A stretch of DNA of 64,000 nt from Pelomyxa schiedti (Eukaryota > Protista > Evosea): NCBI GenBank assembly GCA_020536535.1, contig JAHLWZ010000222.1:62001-126000 (forward strand), given 5' to 3'. Positions 13,131 to 24,548 of this stretch are shown piece by piece. The notes under the pieces were generated by a model that saw only the letters and a list, made by a program, of their open reading frames with translations, was not told where the DNA came from and searched no databases. How positions within the stretch are numbered: the stretch's first letter is position 1; each line of letters begins with the position of its first letter. Both the position numbers and the translations under genes were made by a program.

Positions 13131-14789
13131 ATGTCCGAAACAGACGCACTGTTGAAACCCGGATCTGTCCAAGAAGAGTCGAGTGGTGGGGAGATCGCAC
13201 GAGGGAAGGGCGATGCCGGAAATGCGAGCGGTGAAAAGAGCGTTCTTGAGATCCAACACAGGACGTGGCAGGTCAACTTCATATTCATTCTGGTTGCTGG
13301 TCGTAGTTTTGCTCAAGGAATATCATCCATAACGCCGGTGTACTTTCGTGATTGGCTTGGGTGCAGTACATCGGTGTCTTCTGCAATAGCTGTGAGTTTT
13401 ACAACTTCACTTTACTTCCCTCTTGTTCGTCTTTTTTTTTTTTTTTAAAACAAGCCTCCTCCACTATCAAGACAGAATGTTAATCTTGCCGTATACTATG
13501 GCTCTGGATTAGTAGGGGGTGCACTGGCCGACACATTCGCAGGGCACTTCAGTGTCATATCCCTTGGTTGCTTGATAGCATTGATTTCTCTCACTATTCT
13601 TGTGGGGTTCAGTTGAGTTCCTCGTTTACTTCCACCTTGTCTTGGCACCTGCTTATTTACTCCAGGTATGTTTGTGGAATCAATAGGTATCACAGTGACT
13701 TCTTTGCTATTCTTCTATGCATCAGGAGTTATGGGACCATCTGTTTCTGCATTTATTGGAGATCAGTTTCTTGAATCACAAAGTGTAAAACGCACTTCCG
13801 CTTATAGCTGGTATTACTTGTGGTACTCAGTGGCGGGCATTCCATCCACAATTTTGCTACCAATAATTTTTGATATCACTGAGCCTTGGGTTGCATTTCT
13901 TCTGTGCTTGATCGCATTCCTTATAGTGATGCTCCCCTTCTTTCTGCCGGCGCCGTTGTACGATAAACGGCCCCCAAAACGAGGTACCTATGTCATTGTT
14001 TGCAAGATATTTTGGTCAGCTCTGAGAAAGTGTTTTATGTCAAAGGAATCCAGTCATTCCTCTTTTCTGGACCGTGCCAAAGAAGACAATGACCCCGAGC
14101 GAGTCGAAGATGTGAAAATGGCTCTTAGAGTGTTGAGCATTTTTTTGACTCTCCCATTGTTTTGGGGCATTTTTTTTCAGATTAACTCGCTGTGGATTTT
14201 TCAAGCTTCAGGTTACCATTACCTACTTCTTCTTTTTTGTTCTTATTACTTCGTTGTAGACATGGACTGCAATATCGGGGGCTGGGTTCTTCCTTATGCC
14301 GAAGTCGGGTGCTTGAACAGTATAAGCGATGTCATCCTAATCCCGATATTTGATCGTATCGTGTATCCTTTGTGCAAACGCTTGGGCATGAAAGTGACTC
14401 CTCTCCGTAAAATGGTTTCTGGTCTGTGTGCAACAGTTGCAGCCGTTCTCGTAGCTGGATTGGTGCAACTCGCAATAGAGCGAAACCCAGACGATTTGCT
14501 CCCAGTATCTCTCATCATACCCCAATACGTCATTGTCTCCATTGCGGAAGTTCTTCTAAGCGTTACGGCATATGATTTTGCGTACTCCGAAGCACCTTCA
14601 ACAATGCGCGGATTTTTGACTTCAATGTGGTTTCTCACAATCGCACTTGGCAATGGCGTCACTGCATGTCTTGCTTTAATCCCCTTTGCGAGTTCCACCA
14701 CCTCCTTTTTGCTTGCTGGCCTTACTGTGGTTATTACGGTTGCATTTTGTTTTTTTGCCGTAAAGTACAAATACAAAAATAAGCCTTGA
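13131..14789 (+). CDS. POT/PTR-family (SLC15-like) MFS transporter
   Basis: GGALADTFAG, SAFIGDQF, LPLFWGIFFQ.NSLWIFQA, TPLRKM, IPQYVIVSIAEVL and FAYSEAPSTMRG, with multiple TM helices. Confidence 0.88.
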
Positions 14790-14898
14790 GCAGTTTAAAT
14801 CTTTGTTGCACAACACCGAAATGAACATAGTTTACAACAAAGCCCTAAGTTCAGAAGGAAACTGGTTTCTTACACAGTTTTATTTTAGGTTTCTGGTT

Positions 14899-17800
14899 TT
14901 ACAGTATTGAACACTTGGATCGTCCTGATTTGCGTTTGGACTCGGGTACTGTGGCGGCCACGAATTTACGCATCTCGCGGACAAGCTCAGTAAATACCTG
15001 GTCTCAAATTAGGGATCGAAAGGGTTTGTACGGGAGGGAATACCTCGTCGACGTTTATTCTGGCTTTGGCGGAGGTGGCAAAGAAGCGAACTCCAAAGCC
15101 ACTGGCCATGTCTTCGGCTTCTTGTTGTTTGACTTGGATAAGGTGCACCAGATCGCTCTTGTTTCCAACAAGAATGAGAGGAACCTTTGACTGGTCCTTC
15201 ACTTGAAGAATGTGCTCTCTCAGGGAGCCAACTTCCTGGAAGCTCGCTCTTGCAGTGAGTGCAAATACGAGGAGGAAGCCTTGGCCTGTTCGCATGTACT
15301 GATCTCGCATAGCAGAGTACTCTTCTTGTCCTGCTGTGTCCAGAATGTTTAGGACACAAGGAACATCATCAACAGTAACTTGTTTTCGGTAGCTGTCCTC
15401 GATCGTGGGATCGTACTCCTCTGCGGAGGTGTAAGTTTACTGGAAAGCCAAGAAAAGGGAGAACATACCAATGAAATGGTTCTGTACAAAGGATATAGTC
15501 AGAGCAGATTTCCCTACACCACCAGTGCCCACTACCACAATCTTGAACTCATCACTCATTGCTCCTGGTGTAGCTTTTCCACCAGGGCCCGGTCTTGGTG
15601 TTTGTGGGTTAGTTGCCCCACGGCCAGTACCTGTTGCTGGTTGTGCTTTTGACGGTTGGGGTGTTGGTGTTGGTGCTGGTGTTGGCTTTGGTTGTACAGG
15701 TTGAACCGGCTGTACTGGCTGCGTTGGCTGCACAGGTTGAGCGGGTTGTACTGGTTGCACGGGCTGAACAGGTTGAACAGGTTGTACAGGTTGAGTGGGT
15801 TGGACAGGCTGAGCAGTAGTTGCAACTGGAGAAGGAGTGGTTGGGGTCAGTACTGTAGCCTATAACACCGTTAAGGAAAAACAATTGTAACTGGAAAAGG
15901 GTACCTCGAGTGGGGACTGTTGAGTAGGGGATGATTGCTGGGTTGGTGCTGCTGTTACTGGAGGAGGCTGGGTTGGAGGAAGTGAGGGCTGGCTGGGTTG
16001 CGGAGGATATGCTGGAACTTGTGGGGGTAGTTGCATCGGGATTGAAGGAGGGGGCTGTTCGGCAGGCAGTGGGGTAGGAGCGGGAGGAAGAGTAGATGGA
16101 ACAGTGGTTGGGGCTGGTTGGGGAGTGGTAGGGGCAACAGGGGCAGGAGTAGGATCAAGTTGCGCAACTTCGGGCATTGGAGCAGGAGGAAGGAAAACGG
16201 GGGGTGGGGGAATATCGAGTAAGAACTAGTAAGAGGTAAGAATAAAGCGGCTGAAAACTACTACTTACGTTTTCGTCGAAAGGAGGGGGACCTGTTAAGG
16301 GAGTTGCCGGAGCTGTCTCTGGAACTGGGGCCGGAGCAGTAACTGGCACGGTTGTGTTTTGTGTTGGTTGTGAAGGGGCCATGGTGTCGAAAACCAGGTC
16401 ATCAAGACTGTCAGTTGCCTTCGATCCAAGAAGGATTTGTTCCAAAAGATCCGCAGTATTGTCTTCTTGAGTATTTTCGGGAGCATCATTGGGGGTAGGA
16501 GGTGCAGGTGGAAGAGATAAAACAGCAGTATCGGGCTCAACAGGGGGAGGGGTAGCAGGAGTGAGATCAATTGGTGTTGTAGGAGTTGGTGGTGCGACGG
16601 GAGTTGCAACTGGAGTGGGAGTTGGAGGAGCCACTGGAGGTGCAACGGCAGTGGGTGGGGCAACGGGTGGAGGTAAAGCAGTTGGCGGTGCTACTGGAGT
16701 TGGGGGAGCTACTGGTGGAGCTACTACTGTTGGTGTTGGAGTAGGAGGTGTTACTGGTGGGGCTGCAGGGGTTGGTGGAGCAACTGGAGGAGCAACTGGT
16801 GTTGGTGTTGGGGGAGCAACTGGAGGTGATACCACTGTCGGGGGAGCAACTGGAGGTGATACCACTGTCGGGGGAGCAACAGGCTGTGCCACGGGCGTAG
16901 CTGTTGGAGTTGGGGTAACCGGTACCGGGGTTGGCGACGGAGGGGAAACAGGTGCTGGTGTGGGCGTTGGTGTTGGTGTTGCCACTGGAGTTGGAGTGGG
17001 TGTTGGTGTTGGTGTTGGAGCAACCACCGGTGTTGGTGTGGGAGTAGGGGTCACCACAGCAGCAGGCGCCGGTGTGGGAGTAGGAGTAGGAGGGGACTGA
17101 GGCACAACGTGGTTTTGGGGCCCGGGTTGGATAGCAGTTCCCCGTCCTCCTTGAGGAAGCCCTCTACCTACTGGACCTCCTGGAACGCCTGGACCTCCTG
17201 GACCACCTCGACCACCAGGTCCAGGAGGAGGATTAAAAGGTATAACCTCCACAAAAGCAGCGGGAAGGAATCCAGATTGACCATTGCGGAGCTGTCCTTC
17301 TAGCCAATCATCAGGATACACGTTGATCAGCTGAATACGGTCGTTCTTGGAAAATTTGAGCACCGTAGGTTCTTCGTCTATGTGAAACATTAGGAGAAAG
17401 AGAAAAGCGTGGGATTAAAAACCTGTATAATCGAACGAGGCGACAGACTCCAACTTGAATTCCGGAGTGGGCACAACAGTTCCATCCGGCATCGTCTGAG
17501 GTGGAGGGGGCACATCGGGCATTGGTGGTTCTTGAACCTGAAGACTCATGAAATCTGCAAACTCAATAATGAAAGCTATAGCTCGCGTGCAGGGAGGTGG
17601 AATCTGCTCTGTAAGCTCAATCGTAGGCCGTAGAAGATACTTGGCAAAGATATCCGCCACAGTGTTTACTGGAAGACCGCTGGAGTGTAAATACGACGCC
17701 AGGCTGAGAACTATGTTACGGCACACCGGAGGCATCTTGTGCAATAAAACTCGCATCTGAAGTCCTCTCGTTCGGGGGTTTGGTATTCCCGCCACTCGCA

Positions 17801-18134
17801 GAACGGTGAAGTAAAATTTAGGCGGAATAACCGGATGCGGTAGCATTTTGAAGTATAGAACCAATACACCGGCAACAACTTGTACGTTTTCTTCGAGCGT
17901 AACTGGGTGGTCCCCTGTGGGGGTTGGATCCGCTGCGTACTGATCGAATTTGATCTTAAGCTGCTTGATGCTTTCGTGCTCAACGCTCATTTCGAAGAGA
18001 TCCGACTGTGCGGGAACCAGAGCGCATAAGATCTCCAGAGTTTTTTCTATCGGAACTGGGAGCGATGCACCGGGCGGCAAAGCGCGACCCAAAGGAAGTC
18101 CAAAAACTGACTCGTTCGGTGGTGGGGCCGACAT
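14899..18134 (-). CDS. Fusion protein: RhoGAP-like domain - SH3 - Pro/Thr-rich linker - Ras GTPase with CaaX (~1000 aa)
   Basis: Five GT-AG introns of ~43-48 nt join the frames with no stop. RhoGAP: [33 protein letters not shown]3: [35 protein letters not shown]. Ras: [54 protein letters not shown]. Confidence 0.88.
15690..15815 (-). repeat. 9-nt coding repeat encoding (QPV/QPT/QPA)n
   Basis: Degenerate tandem 9-nt units inside the linker of the RhoGAP-SH3-Ras gene. Confidence 0.85.
16580..17095 (-). repeat. Coding low-complexity (PT)n / PPVAPPT repeats, including a tandem 30-nt unit at ~16811-16880
   Basis: ggggagcaactggaggtgataccactgtcg is repeated in tandem and translates on the minus strand to [10 protein letters not shown] units. 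Confidence 0.85.
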
Positions 18135-18438
18135 CGGTTTTTATTTGTTTTGTGGTGCGGTTTTTTTTTTTTTAAGTTGTGGTGCGCAGGGGTGCTAGGG
18201 TGTCTATTTTATTTTTGTGTGCGTTTGTTCTCTTTTTCGTTTGTTGGGTTTTTCGATGGTATTTTTGTGTTTACGAAAAAAAAGGTGCCGAATATCAAAA
18301 AGGGGATAAAATTATCGCAGACGACGTTCAATTAATTTCCTTTTCGTCCAAATGGGAAACTGAGGCGAAATTCCACGTCAGCGGTTTAAATAAAACACTT
18401 CAAACAAGGTTCTTTTTTTTTACTTTATTTGTTTGTTT

Positions 18439-19190
18439 TTACACAGCGATAGCTCCTGAGATAGCGTTCTGCACCGCAAGGTTAATACAGGAAATGTAAT
18501 TCAAGAATGAAACCTTTAGGCAGTTCTGCGCTCCCGGTATGTAAGTTATAACGTACCTAAGTCACGATGTTAACATAGTTATGGAAGAACACTGGGTGTA
18601 CCAGAAAAGAGCTCCCATTTGTATGATAGCACAGATCAACGCCAGTATAAATGACCAGTCCATCTGTAAAACACTAAGATAAGCGGTAACGATAGGATGC
18701 AGTCATACCACTACAACAACAATGGTCAAAATTATGGAAATGAGGAAGACACTTGTAGCGATAATTCTATGCACATTAAACATGTTTTTGAGCTGTCGCA
18801 CTGGGCCAACAATGAACAGTGTTCTTAACAAGGTTGGAAATTGAGGGAAAAGAAAGAAATTACACACGATGCAATGAAGCTAATGTTACTCAAAGTGTAC
18901 AAAATGACAAAAGTTGTAGGGGAGATAACAAACACGCAAAATCCCTTTTATTGGTTTTTCACCAGAGGTCAGTAACATCGTAGCGATAAAAATGTTATTA
19001 TACTACAATGAGGGAATGAATATAGACACACGATAATGAGCATGACAACGCCAATACCAACAGTAATGGCGAAACCGAGGATGCGCGTTTTCAGCGACAA
19101 TTTGAGGTAGTCATCGAACTGATCGAAGACCGATGGTTCTTGCGGTTGGCTGCTTGACTCACCACTTATTAAGTTCTTAATAGAGTCCAT
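18439..19190 (-). CDS. SFT2: SFT2/Got1-family vesicle transport protein
   Basis: LSLKTRILGFAIT, FVILYTLSNI, TLFIVGPVRQLKNMF..RIIATSVF, IIQMGALFW|YVITYIPGAQ; four-TM pattern. Confidence 0.88.
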
Positions 19191-19391
19191 CTCGGTGGGT
19201 GACGCGGCTAGATCCTTGTAATCTTTTTTTTTCTGTTTTGTTGTTGTGGTTTGATTAAATTGCGGAAGTTAGTCCAATTTTTTTAACAGTAAATCCCAAA
19301 CAAATTCGTGAGATGATTTTGGGGTATTGTTTGCTTGGATTTTTTGGCATTGTTAGCACTGGGTGTGGAGAGGACAGGAATTGGGACACAT

Positions 19392-22305
19392 TCACAGCCT
19401 GACATTGGAGAAAAGCACTTGGTCTTTCTTTCTCCTGCTGTTTCGTTTACTTTGTTGTTGGTGTTGTGTTGTTGGTGTGGGTGTTTTTTTCTTTTTGGAG
19501 GATATGGGTGTGGTGCTTGTATTTATTTTTTCAGCTGTTGTTGGTGTGTTTGTATTTGCTGCAGCGGAAGTTGCAGTTGAACCTGTACTTGTACTTGTAT
19601 TCGTAGTCGTGGATGTGGATGTGGATGTGGGTGTGAGTGTTGTTGTGGTTCCAGCTTTAATTGTGGATGCAGTTATAACTGTGGTCCCGATTTTGGGTGT
19701 GGATGTGGTTATTGGAGGGGACAATGCGGGAATTGCCTGGGGATTGGAGAGGGGTGTGGGTGCAAGTCGCGGTACAGCAGCGGTAGCATTGCTGAGGGCG
19801 GGCGATGCCGGAAGAATTGTGGGACTGAGGGGTGCTGCTGGTTGTTGTGGTGAGGGAGATGAAGTGGAAGGTGCGGGTGATGTGATGATTGTGGATGCGG
19901 ATGGTGAGGAAGTGGCTTTAGGTTTGGGTGCAGAGCGGAGTATATCCGCAAAAGTGGGATGCTCAGAAGGTGGTTTTTCTGCTGTGATACGGGGTGCTGG
20001 TGACTTTCGGCGGACCGGCTTCGGTTTCACTGTTTCAGCCTCGGGAGGTACAGTTGCGGACGCCTCTTGTTCCAGTGCAGCCTCCTCTTGTTGTGCTCGT
20101 CGTATCTCTGCTGCTCTAACTGCCTGGGCAAATGACATTTTCACTTCAGTGGGTTCTGCGGGAGGTGTGACAGTATCGTTTGCTGATGTAGTAGTTGTAG
20201 TAGAAGCAGCAGTACTCGTTGGGGGTGTGATTTTACCAGTGTCCCCTTTATCGTGATCTTGAGCACTGCCAACATCGTGAATTCTGCCAACTTCAGGAAA
20301 ATCTCGGGACGAGAAAATAGGACGATCATCCATAATGCCGGAAAATATGGCAGCTTTTGGGTAGGTGATACAGAGCGGGCGTTGTGCTCTAGCCATCACT
20401 TTTTCGTGTTCAGCTTGGCGATGCTGCCGACGTGACTGACGATGCGCAAGTTCCGAAGCAAATTTATGTATGGTGGGCGGCGAAACTAAACCGGAAAGAT
20501 CCAGCTCCGCAAACGCAAAACTACAAGTTAGAGGCAAATGTGATGTTACTGGGTAAAGACGACGACTTTCCTTGGGAGACAAATTAAGGAGAGAAACAAG
20601 GCTCGACAAACCTCATTTTGGATAATTTCCTCAATTTCAATGATTGGTGCAGTCAATTGCTGGCTTACATTGGATCCAAATTCAGTATAAAGCATCTTCA
20701 AGTTCAGTGGATGTAAAAATATCAGTTGTCCACTAGTTTCTTTTGTTGAGTTGTATATTCAGTTTTGTTTCTGCGTAGTTGTGGTTTTACCCTGATACAG
20801 GGGGATAGCATTAACAGGGAACTCTTTTGGTGTTTCAACTGCAGTGGTAGGTGCAATAGTCTGTTATTATTCATTCAATTCTTACGTCAAGTAAAATATG
20901 GAAAAAACTTCATCAGAGGAACTTGATATTTCATCCTACAAAAATCATCACTGGAAAACACCTTTAAGGATTACCTCATCACATTCTTCCAATCCAGGTA
21001 TCTAGAAATTTGTGAAGTTTACCTCATTTATAGTGAGTTATACTTGTGACGAGCACCGGGGTTTCCTCACTGGGGGTGTCCTGATATTATTAAGCGCTTT
21101 CATCAAGAATTCAAGTGATGGATCGCTTTCAGTTTCGGCCTCTTGTATGGCAACCAAAATTTGCCTTTCTTCCTCTTCGAGAATATTTCTGGGGAAAACA
21201 TGTTAGAAAGTTTGAAAATGTTTCTTTCAGTAAACAACTTTTTATGGGTACCAACAGTAAAGCGAGAATACTGCTGGAAGGGTTCCTCCATTCGGGGGAT
21301 ATGTTGTCCATGGGAAGAGTCCTCCCAATATTGTAGTGGGACGGGGATTGTTGATTGCTTTTGTGGTTCCAGTCAGTGTGCTTTTGTGACAAATAAAAAA
21401 TAACTTGGGAGCGGAACAGAAGTATAAAGGAGATCTTGTCTCCAGCAGAGTATTTTTGGACCACAGATACAATGGAACTTTTCATTTCCTTTTTAAAAGG
21501 AATTCAATTACTTTCACAAACAAAGGAATATTCACATTGAGCATGATTGTCTCTGTGCACAATGGGCACGTACCCGCTGCTGGTGTTGCACCATAGGAAA
21601 AATAACGTATGATACACGCAAGGCAAAAAATGTGACCACACAAGGAAGCACGTCTGAAAACAGTTAAAAAGAAAGATGCAAAGTAATATTGCAACGGTGC
21701 AACAACTGAATCCAAGCAAATGGGACTAATTCAGTTAATGGTATGCATAGAACAAGTAAGACTACCATTCATAATTAGTATGTGTAGTATGCACCACAGC
21801 TTCGACATCCTCCCAATCAACTGGAGTGTCTGGGTCTAAAGGAAACTAAACAATTAAATAAAAAGAAACTCGGAACCCCACTTGTAATCAAGTCAGAGTG
21901 ATCAGACTTGATTACAAAACGGTAGCTACAAATAATCAGTCATAAGACACAGAACAGGAAAGTATACTTGGCATGAATAAATTTGCCCTTGTTGTACGGT
22001 GTGCTATCATTCCTACGAGGAACTGTCATACGCCTGGTAACGTGATTTTAATAAACAAAGATGGTGCTCCAAGAAAAAACCTTCTCCCTGAGGACGGTTT
22101 TTGAATTTGTGGTAAACGAAAGTTGAGCAAATAGTTGCCAGTTTCCACCTACCATACAAACTGTGACAACTACCCAAAAAACAAAACAAAAAAAAAACAG
22201 GTTACAAACTGGCAATTTCTTTGTATGCCTATTCTTTGTCCTATGCGTTTGACCCCCATCACGCTCTCTCGTAACCGTGTCCCGCCGGTGCGCGTCCTCG
22301 CTCAT
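19392..22305 (-). CDS. RNF10: RNF10/Mag2-like RING E3 ligase
   Basis: NYLLNF, KFIHANYRFVI, PDTPVDWEDV, CPICL..CGHIFCLACIIRY..CPLC and FAFAELDL..FASELAHR, with a basic C-terminal tail. The 3' end is approximate. Confidence 0.85.
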
Positions 22306-22518
22306 ACTGAATATTCAGTTGATTCTGGAATTTCGGTTTTCGGAAAATGAAGTCATTCAGTGCCGCGAATCACAACACAACAGCAGGCTGAGTGTTCGGA
22401 GCCGTTGCGGGTGATGGAACAAGCCACATTGCTGCTCCAAATAAACAAACGAACATGAACAAGAAAGGGAAAAGGAAACACTGTTGGGGTAAATGAAAGG
22501 ATAACTATCCTTATTTAT

Positions 22519-24168
22519 TTAGAAAGTCTTTCTGGTTCCAGAGAATGGCTGAATGCCGGCACCACGTCCTCTTGGGGCGCCTCCGCGTCCTCCTCGGAAA
22601 CCACCACCACGGCCGCCTCTTCCTCCACGTCCTCCACGGCTGCCGCCAGCTAAACAAGTGGTTAGTAAATGGATTTTCTTTGGATAGGTGGAAGAAATCT
22701 TACTTGGGCATTCTCGTGACTGGTGTCCTTCCTGGCCACAGTTGAAGCAGCCATTGCCGCCGCCAGATGGGCATTCCCTGGACATGTGTCCTTGCTCGCC
22801 GCACTTGAAGCATCCAGAACCGCCAGAGCGACCGCCAGCGCCGCCGCCTTGTGGGCATTCCCTGGACATGTGTCCTTGCTCGCCGCACTTGAAGCAACCG
22901 GAGCCAGAACCACCGCCGCCGCCTTGTGGGCAGTCCCTAGACATGTGTCCTTGTTCTCCGCATTTGAAGCAACCAGAGCCAGAACCAGAACCAGAGCCGC
23001 CGCCTTGTGGGCAGTCCCTAGACATGTGTCCTTGCTCTCCGCACTTGAAGCAACCGGAGCCAGAACCAGAGCCGCCACCAGATGGGCATTCCCTGGACAT
23101 GTGTCCTTGCTCTCCGCACTTGAAGCAGCCTGAACCGCCACCACGACCTCCTCCCATGCCACCGCGTCCACCACGGCCGCCACGTCCGCCTCTTCCTCCG
23201 AAGTCGCGGGGCTTCTGGGGCTGAGGGCACTCCCTAGACTGATGACCTTCCTGGCCACAGTTGTAGCAAGTTCCAGCTCCGCGAGGTCTGGCCTTCTCGA
23301 GGTTAAGCATGGAACCGTCTAGTTGAGAGTTCTGGAATTTCTGAATAGCATTCTCAGCGGCTTCGTCGTCGGGGAGATCGATAAAGCCAAAACTATCAGA
23401 GGTGACTTTTTGGAAGGAAATGTGGGAGAGCATACCCTTTGTAGGGGATAACACGGGCGTCGAGGAGGGATTCGCCCAAAGATTCAAAGTGAGCGCGGAG
23501 TGTCTCCTTGGTGGTGTTTTCACTGAGGTTTGCAACACGAACTGATATAACGGCTCCGCCCTCCTGCCTTGCTACCTTGGAGGGAGATGGGGTTGCTTCC
23601 GCAGCGCTTGCGGCCTTTCGCTTCATACCAGGGAACTGAAAAAAATATTAGTCAAGAAAAACACAATCAAGATGGGAAGGTACGGCTTCTTCGGGCTCTT
23701 CCTCCTTGGCAACTTCCTCCTCCTTGGCCTCCTCGGCATCCTCAGCCTCCTCAGACTTCTCCTCTGCCTCTTCGGCCTCCTCTTCTTCCTTGGCCTCTTC
23801 CTCTTCCTCCTCTTCCTTAGCGGGCTTAGCAGCAGCCTTGGGAGCCTCTTTTGCTGCTGGCTTTGCCTTCGTTGCAGGGGAACCCTTGCCTGCCTTGACT
23901 GGTTTTGTCTCCACCTCCTCTTGTTCCTCTTCCTCCTCCTGGACTTCTTCCTCGGCCTCCTCGGGCTCGGGTTCAGGCTCGGGCTTCTTGGCAACCTTTG
24001 CTATTACGAGAGTCACAAAAAAAACCCAGAAAAAAGTATAAACACTACTACACACAAACAACGCGACAACAGACAAAACCGCGGTGGTGCAGAAGAAAAA
24101 AAAAAAAAAAAAAACGACGACAAACCGGGTGCAGCGGTCTTCTTTGTTGGTGCAGCGGCCTTCTTCAT
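22519..24168 (-). CDS. Nucleolin/Nsr1-like RNA-binding protein: acidic N-terminus, one RRM, seven CCHC zinc knuckles, RGG boxes
   Basis: K/A and E-rich N-terminus. RRM: VRVANLSENTT..YKG|FGFIDL. Seven CX2CX4HX4C units, RGG tracts, and C-terminal FSGTRKTF*. Confidence 0.85.
22700..23275 (-). repeat. Tandem coding repeats of CCHC zinc knuckles with Gly/Ser linkers
   Basis: The near-identical core gacatgtgtccttgctc(t/g)ccgcacttgaagca recurs five times with variable in-frame linkers. Confidence 0.9.
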
Positions 24169-24548
24169 CTTGATGTATCGATATTGTAGGAGGTGGGTGG
24201 TGTGCGGTGTCCCGGACCTGCTTGGTTTGATCTTTGTTGGAAGTGATAAAGAAAAGTGAATGCCCAACCTGCGGCGTTTATAAAGGATATTTAATTAAAC
24301 TGTGACCGAAAGGATCGCAATTGCACTTGAAGATTAATTAAATGCATTGTTTCGCCTTTATCCCTCTGATGAACCCCCAAGCCTCAGGGGCTCATGCCCC
24401 TCCAGACCAGGAAAGGTGTTCGGACTCACAACTTCCCAGTTGATCACTCATTCTGAGCTGCTTTTCAGGGCTGACACAGTGGATCTTGATGCTCACTTTG
24501 GCAATCAATGACTAATGTACAGAAACATCAAAAAAAAAAAAACGAGAG

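Noticed and set aside
16489-17100. Long antisense ORFs (also 19363-20256, 22688-23224, 23672-24259, 48815-49513)
   Set aside because: Shadow frames of low-complexity coding sequence on the opposite strand, with no independent motifs.
22750-23130. Repeat-spacer pattern resembling a CRISPR array
   Set aside because: The repeats are in-frame CCHC knuckle codons with Gly/Ser linkers inside a spliced eukaryotic gene; no cas genes.
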